NCBI GenBank assembly: GCA_013265495.1
Contig: MU057701.1
Location: forward strand, 186,001 to 250,000
Origin: Vicugna vicugna
Taxonomy: Eukaryota
DNA length: 64,000 nucleotides
Direction: 5' to 3'
In this document: positions 11,663 through 22,900 of the stretch, in pieces
Numbering within the stretch: position 1 is the stretch's first letter
Layout of the letters: the number at the start of each line of letters is the position of its first letter
Made by a program: the position numbers and the translations under genes
Notes under the pieces: generated by a model
Told to the model about the DNA's origin: nothing
The model's database searches: none
What the model saw: only the letters and a program-made list of their open reading frames with translations

Positions 11663-13584
11663 CAATCCCAGCTCCACACATTACCCAGAATGACTCACCT
11701 CCCACCTCCTTTGCTTAAAATATGTAAATGAATCCCATTGCTCTCAGCTTCAGCCGATTTACAAGCCCCTCGAAATCTGGCCGGCCTTCCAGCTCCTACA
11801 GATTCAGGAGGCAGCCCTCCCCCTGCCCCCTGCCGAGGGGCAGCTCAGGGCTGCTCCCTGGTCATGTGGGGGTGGGTACGGTCTCTCAACCATGGTGGTA
11901 GTGGACAACTCCATTCCCTGACTGCTCAGCAGGCTTTCAGGAAATGACCTTCAAAACAGAGAAGTAGGGGCCCTGCCAGACGCAGAGGAACAGGGCGGGA
12001 AGGAGGGTGGGAGGGAAGGAATGGATGAGTCTGGCAGCAGCCTGTGGACCACAGATTCGATGAAGACCTTTGATGGATCCTGTGCAGGACACAGGAGCCA
12101 TGGGGGCCAGTCTCTGTGCCATCTTTTGCCTCGGGGAAGCCACAACAGGAAGATGAGCAGATTGCCTGGACGCAGATGCTGGCCCTGCCACCTTGCAGCC
12201 GTGAGACTTGGGGAGTTACTGGCACTTTTGTGCTCTGGCCTCCTGTCTCTAGAATGGGAGGACTAGCCCCCGTATTGGGTTACTGAGTTGTCCGGTATGC
12301 TCAGAAAAAGCGCTGAGTCATAGAAGGCACTCAGGCAACCTGCCATCAGGTCCACTCTCCACACTTCCATTTACTCTTGGGCCTCAATTTGTTCAGCTGT
12401 AGGATAAAAGGTTGGATCAAATGGTCTCTGAGGCGCCCTCTGGCTCTGGAATTAGCAACCCTGCATACATCAGCCAGTTGCACGCGGCAGACTGGAAACT
12501 CTGGTTGAACACTGCAGAGAGGGATGGGGGGCTCCTCGCAGAAGTGGGGTTGGGAACAAGAACCAGAGAGGGTCTGAAATTGGGGGGGGAGGTCAGGGGA
12601 AACCACTGACACCTGCCCCAGGGAACCAGCACCAGCAGGGGTTCCATGACTTCACATCAGCCTCAGGAGACCCCACTCCTTGGCCAGCAGAGAGCAGGGC
12701 ACCCAGGTCAGCAGACCCCCCCACCAGGCTGCAATCAGGGAGACAGGGTGCTGTGACCCCACAAAATGGGGAGCAAAAGCCACAGGGGCAAAACCAGCAG
12801 ACGGCTACCCGCTGGGTGATGTGCCAGAGGTATGAAAGCATGGACTTCTGGTTCTACTCAAGATGATAAACTATCTGGGAAAACCAGGCCAGTCGCTGTT
12901 AAGGCTTTGAGATGCTGTCTTTCCCCATCATCGTTTCCGTGGGGTGGGTTTTCCCTCATCCCCAGATAGCCCTGTCTTGGAGGATCCTGCTTGCTGGGAA
13001 CTCCTGGAGGGCCCAGGTCTGCGCTGACACAGTGCCCAGCACACAGCAGGTCCCTGACAGAAGCCAAGTGAATGGGGATGGCCAAGTGATCCCCCACCGG
13101 ACGAAATTTCCAGACTGATACAGGGAGGCAGCAGCATCCTGCCACAAAGGAGAGAAACGTTCACAAAGGAGAGGAAATGTGCTCTCCAGACCCACAGGGG
13201 CTCCGGCGCTGATTTCTGAGTCCAGGGGGTTTACTAACTTTTCTGACCCTCAGCCTTTTCACCAGGGAAATGGAGATGATTATAACCTCTACTTCATCAG
13301 GACTGTTGTGCCGTGTAATGAGTTAATAATTCATCTCACAAATATTTGTTGAGCATCTAACATGTTGGTCACAGTGGGTGCCTAAGATACATCAATGATC
13401 AACATAGATGGAGACACCTGCCCCCACACCGCTTACATTCGAGTGGACACATGCAGAGCCACTACCACAAGGTAGGTGCTCTAATTGTTACTAAAGTGTG
13501 AGTGACTTTCACCTCCACAAGCAGCAGCAGATGGGTGGGCAGCTCCAGGGCACTTCTGTTGGGATGGGGTGCATTCATTAGGTC

Positions 13585-13890
13585 TGTTCACAAAGATTCC
13601 ACTTCTCTTCTTTCTGGGTGCATGAGACTTGCTTTGGCCAACACAATATGAGCAGAAGTGACAGGTGTCCTGGGTAGAAGCTTTAAAAGCCAGTGCACAG
13701 CTGCAGTGCTCATGGATCGAGTGACCAGATAAGTCCCTGGGCGACGCAGAGGAGCAGTGCCCCTGTGTGAACTCTTCAAGTGCCCTCCCTTCCAGCATTC
13801 AGGTGGGTACATAGCATGAGTGAGATTTGGGTGGCGTTAAGCCACTGAGATTTGGGAGTTGCTTGTGTTGACAGTATAATCGAGCATGCA
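13585..13890 (+). mobile_element. MLT1I/J-type MaLR LTR
   Basis: GACTTGCTTTGGCCAACACAATATGAGCAGAAGTGACA...GAAGCTTTAAAAGCCAGTGC...TTAAGCCACTGAGATTTGGGAG. Confidence 0.75.
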
Positions 13891-14399
13891 TTCCCCCACC
13901 AGAGCCTTATCAGAGCCTTGTCAGAGATGTCCATGGTCTTATTCTTGTCACCACATCTTAGCAGATCCTCAGGAAGCAAATGCGTAGGTCACCAAACAGA
14001 GAATGCAAATGTAGAAATTCTGCCTTGTTTCCTTGCTCCGTCCATCAATGCATGCTGGGCTGTCGCAGCATCTTGAATTCACTCTGCATATGAAGAGTGG
14101 CTGCAGCTCCATCAGCACTGACTCCAGGATGTCAAAGGACTACAGACTCCAGTACAGCCCGGAAGCAGCTGGATCTGCATCCCGCATCCCCCGCCCCTAA
14201 CCCACTGATGCTCCCAACCGTGAATTCCTTCCATCAGGCCGCTCATCTCCGTCAACCCCAGGACACTCCTTCCCTCTTCCCTGTTCCTCAGACCCAGCCT
14301 CGTCCGCCACCTTCTCCTCCCATCTTTGTTTACTGGGGCCTCCTGTGACATTATTTCAGGAAACAAACTCCTGCCCATACCCCCAGCCTCTTCAAAGCC

Positions 14400-14780
14400 A
14401 GGTGGCTCCGATAAGTTCCTGGAAAACATAAACCATTTTGAGTATCTAAAATAAAGAGAATTGAATCCAGGGAATTAGCTACACAGGAGGTTGAAGAGCT
14501 GAGAGGCCACACTGTGATGGACTGGGCACCCAGAGATCAGCCAAGGGGGGAGTCACCCCCACTGCTGGGATCGACGGACAGAGAGCAGGGCCTGGTGGCA
14601 ACAAGGGGACCCTGGAACCAGAGCAGGAGATGCAGGCCCTGGAGACAGAGAGGAATGAGGAGTAAGACCCTGACTTCGCCCTTCCTCTGGCCCTCCAGTC
14701 TCCTCCAATGCCTCCCACTGGCAGAATGAACTGGGAGCCAGAGAATCACAGCCATTCAGGGCAGGGTAAGGGTAAGGAGT
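14400..14780. mobile_element. Old ERV-type LTR remnant (LTR78/79/41-like, family uncertain)
   Basis: CCTGGAAAACATAAACCATTTTGAGTAT...AGGGAATTAGCTACACAGGAGGTTGAAGAGCTGAGA; related sequence at 54210-54640. Confidence 0.5.
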
Positions 14781-14929
14781 GGATGGGAGGCAAATAGACC
14801 TGAAACCAGTGCTCCAGGCGCCTCCACCCAGAACCCGTATCTCGGGTAGAAGCTGCTTTTTCTCCCACGGCCCACCTACTGCAGGGCATGGGGCCATGCT
14901 GCCTTTCCCTCTTAACTTTTTCATCTTGG

Positions 14930-15390
14930 TTGATGACACTGCCAACTCAATACCCATTCCCAGTCCCTTTCTTCCATACTTGCCTCCACTACTGGTGCTG
15001 GAAAAGTTAAAAACTCATTTTCCCCACCTTTTTGCTGTTACGAATGGCCATTGACTTATAGGCAGAATATTCTGGGAATTTTTTCTTAATAAAAGGGAAT
15101 AGACATTGCTGTGACTACTTCTTTCGTCTTCTTCCAGTCTTGAATGCCAGGGAAATGTCTGGAGCTGCAGCAGCCATCTTGCAACCATGAAGTTAAAGAA
15201 CCAATACACTGAGGATGGGGGAGCAGAAAGAAAGAACCTAGATCCTTAATGATGCTATTGAGATGCTAACCCAGCCTTAGATGGCTCACCTCCAGACTTC
15301 TCAGGATGTGAGGTAATTAAATGCTTTTACTGCTTAAGTTATTGTTAGGTTTCTATGTCTTGCTGCCAAAAGCATTCTCAAAATGAATAA
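14930..15390 (+). mobile_element. MLT1K/L-type MaLR LTR
   Basis: TGTCTGGAGCTGCAGCAGCCATCTTGCAACCATGA...CTGAGGATGG...GCAGAAAGA...CCTCCAGACTTCT. Confidence 0.75.
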
Positions 15391-15399
15391 GGGTAACCT

Positions 15400-16090
15400 T
15401 ATCTATCCAGCTTCCTAAACCAGACTCCCAGGAATGAAATCCATGCCCCGCCTCAACCTTCTATGTCTCAGAAGTCACCAAGTCCTGGCGATTTTTGTCT
15501 CCTTGGTATCTCGTCTCCTCCTCTCCTCTGCATGCTCACTGCCCACATCACATGCCTTCCCATCTCCCTCTCCAAAGCCTTACCCCACTGCAGCCAGAGG
15601 GCTTTTTCTAAAATGCATACAGTGCACATTGGATAGTGTCCCTTTCTGGCTGCAAAACTTGTACTGGCTCCCCACTGCCTCCAGAATAAAAGCTAAACTG
15701 CTTAGCAAGGTAGACACAGCCCTCATGATTTGGCTCACCAAACCTCAGTCATTCCTCTGCTTGAACTTCTGCTAACAGTTCCTTAAAGTCGCCACCTGGC
15801 TACATGCCCCAGGCCTTCGCATACTCTGTTCCCCCAGCCCCAGCGCGGAGGCCGGCCCAGATCCCGGTGGGTTCGTCACACCCTCCTCTGGACCTGTTTC
15901 TTTCGCTTTTCACACCACACTCTACTGCTCTTTTACTGCCTTGCTTTTTCCTTCCTCCCTGACCAGAAAGTCAGTTCCTTGACAACAGGGCCACGTGTGT
16001 TATTCATCTCTGTCCCCTCAGTGCCTGACGTACTGCAGGGACTTGATAAATGTGTGTGGAGTAAGAGAATGAATGAGTGAGTGAATGAAT
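15400..16090 (+). mobile_element. L2 LINE 3' portion
   Basis: CTGCAGCCAGAGGGCTTTTTCTAAAATGCA...TGGCTCCCCACTGCCTCCAGAATAAA, ending in a GAATGAATGA tail. Confidence 0.75.
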
Positions 16091-17489
16091 GGGGCCACGC
16101 ATTCAGGAACCTGTGAAGTCAGCTGCAGGGAGGAGCTGACATTTTGTATTTTTGCAGTGAGAACAGCAATGACCCAAGTCTTGGAAAACTTGCTTAATAA
16201 CCCGGCTTCCTGGAACTTTGCCCAGCAGCTCTGGGGAGCAGAACACCCTGCCAAGGTGCAGACAAAGCTGAGTCCTTCCTCCTGGAATAAATTTTGTTTC
16301 AAGCCACCTGCCATTGCTGAACCATCTTGAGGCATGGTTTTCTCAGAAACGTTACCGTTTGTCTCTGAATGCTGGATGAGAGGTGGCTGCGATCTTGGAT
16401 GAATCTCTGAGATTCCTTTGAGTCATCCTGCTCCCTTCTTCCTTCTCAGAGGGAAAGATGGCTTAAGGAGCTCTGAGGTTGACACACCTGTCTCCGATGG
16501 GAAAGAGTGATGAGGCGAGAGCCAGGGATCCTCTTAATGACACAAAGCACCATTTGTCCTGCTGGTGAATAAATGATTATCGTGTGGATTACACAGCCCT
16601 CCTGTTACATAGCCACACGGCCCCAAAGCCTCCCAAGTCATAAAAGAAGGCATAATAAAGAATTATGGGACCTGGTGAAATGAAAATTGGAATCAATTAG
16701 TTCCCTTCAGATGAGAGCTGCTGATAGAACATTCATTATCTTAGCCCCGCTGTGTGTATGTGCACGCGCACGCGCGCGCTGGGTTATGGGGAGGACCTGT
16801 TTTCTTACAAGTGACCATTGTCACCCTCTAAAGAGCCTCCCACGCAGCTCCTTGCTTCCTCCTGTGTCTGTGCCTCCCCCTGGGGAGATACAGGAGACAA
16901 CAGATCAAAGGCGCAGTGATGAACTCCAGTGACAGTCCCAGCAACCCCGGCGCCACCTCTGTTGATGCATTTGGACTGTTGGAGTGAAGTCCTTCTCAGC
17001 TGCAGCTGGAGAGTCAATGCAATTTTAGGTTCCATTCAGGAAACAGCAGTTCCTTAGCTGATGTATTAAATCAATTAGACGCCAGCGGCCACAGAGGCCA
17101 CGCCAGCTTCCCGGGCGCCCGTCACAGGGACCATGAATCACACAAGTGTTGGGAGGGTGTTGCTCACTCAGTTCCAAGTGACGCGTCCTGAGAGCTGGAG
17201 GCAGGGCAAGAAAATAAACACGGCGGCGTGTCCTGGGGACCAGAAGGGATCGGGAAGGGGTCTGGAATGTAAGTGGCTGCTGTCTCTCTTCTGCTTCCTT
17301 CTTAGGTCAGCTTTATGGAAATCTCTATCAGAGAAAAACTCTCAGTGCTGCCCCCACCTCCCCCCACCCCCGTACAAGCTCAAGTCTCTTCCCATTGCTC
17401 CATCCCCACTGCCCCCGCCCAGCCCACGCCAGCACCTTCTCTTGCCTGGATGCCTGCCGCTTCCTAGCTCAGGGGCTCCTTCTGGGACC

Positions 17490-18020
17490 CTCTGCTCTCT
17501 GCTCCACACTGATGCAGCATCATCTCTGAAAATTTTACTCATGTCACTAGTTTCCTGCTTCTAAGTTCCTTCGATGACATCCCACCCTTTCAAGAAAAGA
17601 TGCAAAATTCTTTACGATCCAGCTCTTAACTCCTTGCCAGCCTCAGCCCTCTCCTCTCCTGCCAGCCTGCACCCCACTCCCCCACCCCCAGCCACCTGCA
17701 GTTCCCCAAACGTTCCTCCCTTCCTCGTGTAGACCTGTGCACGTGCTGTCTCCTCTATGCTCTGCTCGTCATGTGGGAAGTTTGTGTAAATGTCCCCTCC
17801 TCTGGGAAGTGTCCCCTGCCTCCTCACACCTCCACCCAGCCTGGAATCCCTCAGCCCCTGTCCTTGCCCATCACAGCACTTGTACATAGAATTTGCTATC
17901 ACCTGTTTGCCTCTATGTCTCCCCTCCTGGCTGGGAGCTTTCTAAAGGCAGGCTCCAGCCTTTGACTAGTATCTTCAGCTCAGCTTAATCGCTGTTTGTA
18001 GCACAGACGAATGAAGGAAT
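17490..18020 (+). mobile_element. L2 LINE 3' portion
   Basis: AATGTCCCCTCCTCTGGGAAG...CACAGCACTT...GGGAGCTTTCTAAAGGCAGG; GAATGAAGGAAT tail. Confidence 0.65.
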
Positions 18021-18482
18021 GGGGCTTCTGGCAAAGGAAATGGGTGTCTTCTAGGCCTGGTGCTACAGGGTGCAGGTAAGAGATGTATGAGCCAGATGGA
18101 GACAGGAGAGAAGGGCTGGGAAAGAGAGAGCCCAACCCAGGAGCAAGGCCAGTCCTTCCAGCTGCATTTTGCTGGTCAGTCTGGCAGCCAGGTGATGACC
18201 TGGGATGCCGGTCTGGCTGGGAGACCACCCAGCTCTGAAGGCAGCCGCAAAATGCCGCCTCTGAACATGGCTGCACCAAACACCAGAAATCTCCCCCTCT
18301 GAGTTAAAGCAGCCTCACCCCAGGACTGGTCCAAGGAGGACCCTTGGGGACCGTGGTGTCGAGGTTGGGATGGTGGCCAGTGGCACAGAAGCGAGAGACT
18401 GGCTTAGAAATTGACAGAGACCTGGGTTTGAATCCTGGCTCTGCCACTAACAACATGTAAATAGAGAGCTGCTTAACCCCTT

Positions 18483-18995
18483 TGTTACCGAGCCCAAGTT
18501 CATACTGCTTGCTGCAGGACAGCCAATAAATCAAGAGAGGAGTTTTTAGGACAAGGGATAGCAATTTTATTTGGAAAGCCAGTGAACCGAGAAAATGCGG
18601 GACTAATGGCCTAGAGAACCGTCTTACTCAAGCCAGAATGCAGGCTTCTTTTAGACTAAAAAAGGGGAGGGATTGTCGTTGCAAACTTCTGGGGGTCAGA
18701 ATCCCTTGACCTTGCAGCTGTCCTGGTAGGTCAGGTCACAGTGTTCCTGTAAAGCTCCAACAAGACAAATGTTATTGTCTGTTCTGCAACTTTTTATCTC
18801 TGTATGAATGGAAAAGTGCTATACTCTTAAAGGTCAGGGCCATAAGAATGGACAGTCCTGTATATTTCACGCTATCGGCAACGTTCTCTTCCAAAAGGTG
18901 CCGAACCAGCACTGCTAAGCACAGGCAACAGAGCGCAGGGTCAGAGCTAAAGGAGCAGACCTGATACGGAGGCGGATTTGTTCTGGCCTATTGCA
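18483..18995 (-). mobile_element. MER41-like (cetartiodactyl) ERV1 solo LTR inserted into a MIR (MIR halves about 18370-18482 and 18996-19110)
   Basis: TG...CA termini, 513 bp. TGTTACCGAGCCCAAGTTC...GCCAATAAATCAAGAGA...TTTATTTGGAAAGCCAG...ACCGAGAAAATG resembles MER41_BT-type LTRs. The flanks join into the MIR core TTAACC...GAGCCTC. Confidence 0.75.
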
Positions 18996-20605
18996 CTGTG
19001 AGCCTCAAGCTTCTCAGGTAAAATCAGAATACCCACCTCACAGGGTTGTTGGGGAGATTTAAGGAGAACATGTGTACAGAGCTTGTATGTATGATACAGA
19101 GTACCTGGGGGCACCGTGGGTTTTAAATCACTCAGTTTTGTCCTCATATGGCCCAGGAACCTGGACAAACTAGAAAGGGAGTGACAAGACAGGACCCAGT
19201 TAGTAGAGCCAGAGGGGACAGTGGGGACTTGCTCAAAAGGACTGGAGGACTAGAGGGTCCCTGAGCTCAGTCACGGGAGGAATGAATTGGGCTCTTCCTT
19301 AAAGTGGGCCCCGTGGCTTTGGCTGAGGACGAGAAGCTTAGCTGAGCTGTCTGCACTTGACCTCAACCTTCCAGAGCCCAGATGGAGGTCCTCCACTGAT
19401 CTCCCACTTGTCCAACTGGCCCTTCTGGCTGCCAGGCAGGTCCAGACAGGAAGCCAGAGCCAGCTTGAGAGCCCAGCCCATGCCCTCAAGCAGCACCAGG
19501 GCACCGACCTGCTGTTCCTCCCAGGCTCCTGCCGCCTGGACCTCAGCCCATCAAGGACAGGCTCCTGGCCCCATGCAGACCCAGACCCAGGCCTGGGGCA
19601 TCGGCCTGGGAGAGCCAGTTGCGGCCGGGCGTGGCCCGAGGCAGCGCCCCCTCCACGCAGATTGCTTTTTCAGCCAGCTCCTGAAATGAATTAAACGCCT
19701 CTCTCCATTCTGGCTGGTTATCCATTCCAGCGTTCATCCCTGCTTTTTCACATTAGAAAAATAATGGCAACTATGCCTTAAATAATCAACTTTTACAGTT
19801 TACTTTTAATTCATGAAGGGACGGCACACCCAGCGCTCAGCCTGTGACCACAGCTGCGTTTCCACTGCCTTTTTCCCTCCTCGGTGCCCTTGTCTGATGA
19901 GAAGAGGGAAGTGCGGGGAGGGGAGGGGAGCTGGCCGGCCTGCGGAGTTCTGACGACTTCTTTGAAGCAGGTCAGGCACCTCCAAGGGACGCAGGCTCAG
20001 CTGGGATGGGAACCGAAAGGAGGGGAGCGGAGGGGAAGGTAGGGCTCCCGCGAGAAAGGCCTCACTCTCCTCCGAGGAAGGCAGGGCGACCCGTCTCAGC
20101 CCAGTGCCCTGATGAGCTTTTATTCTGGTCCACTTGGCTCTGTTTTTGACTTGCTCTGCTTCTGCCCGATTTCTCTGGTCAGGTTGATCAAAACATGTCA
20201 GTTTCCTGCTCAAACCCTTCAGAGGCTCCCCTGCAGCTCTTGGGAGGAAATTCTAGACACTTAGCAGAGTTCATCAGGCCAGATACAGTGCTGTGTCTCT
20301 CTGCGGCTTTCCCAGCCCTGGTCAGCCCTTCTGGTTCATCCCCTCTCTGGTCTGGGCTGCCTCCCCCCGCCCCTCTCTCAGTGGCCAATCCTCCCATCCA
20401 CCCCACTCCCCAAGGGAAGCTTCCCTGAGCACCGCCTTCTGCCACCCCCACCCCCCGAAGAACACACCCACTCATAGGGCCTCAACTGCTGATTTTCCTG
20501 GGCGATCCCCCTCTCTGGATGGTGACCTCCCACCACGGAGGATAAGAACACACTTCCCTGACTCTGTCTCCCCAGAACCTGGTGCCAGGCCTGGCACTTA
20601 GAAGG

Positions 20606-21101
20606 CATATCAGAGTCCTGGGGCTGCTGTCATAAAGTGCCACACACCTAATGGCTTGAAACAACAGATTATCTTACAGTTGTGTGATTCAAAAGTCCAA
20701 AATGGGTCTCCCTGGTCTAAAATCAAGGCAGGGCCATGTGCCTCTCTGGAGGCTCTAGGGAGAATTGTTTCCTTGCCTTTTCCAGCGTCTAGAACTGCCT
20801 GCACACATTCCACGGCTCATGTCCCTGCCTGTCTTCAAAGTCAGCAGTGGGCTGAGTCCTTTTAACATCGCATCTCTCTGACCTCCTCTTCTGCTTCCCT
20901 CTTCACTTTTAAGGACCCTTGTGATTCCTTTGGGCCTACCCAGATAATCCAGGATAATCCCCCTATTTGAAGGTCATCTGATTAGCAACCTTCATTCCAT
21001 CGGCAACCTTAATCCCTTCTATCTTCTAAGATGTGTATACGCACAGGTCCCAAGGATTAGGACATGGGCTTCCTTGTGGAACAGTTATTCTGTCTCCCAC
21101 A
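20606..21101 (-). mobile_element. MLT1D-type MaLR solo LTR inserted in an L2 3' end
   Basis: GGCTTGAAACAACAGA...CTAAAATCAAGG...TCTGGAGGCTCTAGGGAGAAT...CCCAGATAATCCAGGATAATC...TATTCTGTCTCCCACA; near-TSD GAAGG/GAGGG. Confidence 0.85.
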
Positions 21102-22349
21102 GAGGGGATTCAGTAAACGCACACTGAACGAAGCGGAAGAGTGACATCAGCCTACAAACTTCACGGACCACCACCCACCAAGAGCCTCAACACGAACACA
21201 ACACTCTCTGTGCCTTTTGATCACTATGGAAGCCCTTAAAAGTGCGTCTTTAGAATCACATGCTCAACAGATAATCAGCTCGGAGAAAACCAGCTGAGGC
21301 TGGGCTGTCTGCTCACTAGGTCCACTGCATTTCATCACCAACATGGCCAGGTGGGGGTGCCTGCACCCATCCTTCCACAGCCCTGCCCCTGGTGTCCCAC
21401 TGCTGCCCGTCCCCCCACAAGTAGGTTGCCTTCCCCATGAACCCCAAATGCACCCCCGAGAATCACCTCTGAGACTTCACTCCCCATTCTGACACTTGCG
21501 GTGAACTCTCCCAGCACAAGTGGGTGGATTCCATCCTGGGAAACCATATATAGATAAAAATCTGAATTTACCACGAGAAGCTTTTAGAAGTTGATTACTC
21601 ATGCCCGAAGGACCCGGCACAGGGTATCTTTGAAGAGCAAGTTTCAGGGAGCGTTTTCATACAGAGCTGTATTAAACTATGCAACTTTGAGAGGGTCAGG
21701 AGGCGTAATCTGGTGGGCATCGAACATTCTGCTGCGCACAGGAGCCAGCTGGGGAAGCCATGCAAATGACGAATCAGGCTGGGGAAGACAGCCCATCGCC
21801 CAAGCAGAGGCAAGCATGCCAGCGTCATTTTATGCTGTTCATGTGAGACATTTCACAATATTGTCCCATAATTTTATTTGGACAGTTCCTTTTCTCAAGC
21901 CTAGGCCAAAGTTAGCTGACTTTTTTTTTTTTTCTGTTTCCTTTCCTCTTTCTATGTTTTCCTTCTGGGGGAGAACCAGGACTGGTTGCCACAGCAACCA
22001 ATTTATTTCTGCAAGTGCTTTTTAACTTTCATCAAATGTTCTGTGTGACAAGAAGTTGCTCCATCGGCCAGGGGTGGGGGGGCGGCGGTCTGACTTTCAC
22101 AAGCACGCTCTAAACCCTCGACCCTTTCCCCATCTGCTGCCATGAAGGTTAATGCCCATATTTACTCTGAAGGGAAGAAAAAAAAAAACACTTGAAAAAC
22201 AAGGCTTTTGGAGGAGAAATAAAAACAAAGTAATTACATTTCCAAGCCTGCTGTTGCGAGATAATAACTTAGAGGAACTGGGGAGAAGTTTGCCACCTAA
22301 ATGTTACCTCTTCTTTACTCCTCCCCGCCTCCTCCACGTGGCTCAGGGA

Positions 22350-22900
22350 AGCTATTCATTTATTTTTTCACTCAGCAAACATGCACGGAACACCTCTGCA
22401 GGAGAGTCAGAGTCGAAGGGAACAGACGTGGCTGCTCCCCTCATGGGGTTCACCATATGTGGAAAAGACAGACATGAAACATCTCACCCCTCAGTCCCTA
22501 TGTCCTGGTGCGGGTAAGAGCTGAGAAGACAACACGAGGGAAGAAACAGGCGCTCCAAGCAGGCTGGAGGGTCTGGAAGCGCCTCTCTGAGAAGGTGACA
22601 TTTAAGTTAAGACAAAGAGTTGAGACCCACGAGTAGAAAAGGAACTTTGTAGACAGAGAGCAAGCCTGGTAGGTGACGGCCTTGAGCTGGAAAAGAGCTT
22701 GGCGAGTCCTAGGGACCGAAGGGGACCAGCGCGGCCAGCCTCAACGGAAGCTGAGTGTGACTCAGGGCGGCAGGAGGGCCGGGCCCACGGGGGGCAGCTC
22801 TGGGCCTTAGTGTTTGACTCTCAGTGCCTGGAAGGCTGGGATGCGGTCTCCATCGGAGGAGTGAAGTCATTAGCATTGGTCCAGATCCCTCCGGCTGTCG
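22350..22900 (-). mobile_element. L2 LINE remnant
   Basis: ATTCATTTATTTTTTCACTCAGCAAACAT...CTCTCTGAGAAGGTGACATTTAAG. Confidence 0.65.

Noticed and set aside
11423..11677. ORF with L1 ORF2-like C-terminal peptide
   Set aside because: Decayed L1MB fragment, not a gene.
12430..12450. CTCF-like motif GCCAGAGGGCGC (minus strand) and similar partial matches at about 34876
   Set aside because: Mismatches at high-information positions; cannot be supported without ChIP data.
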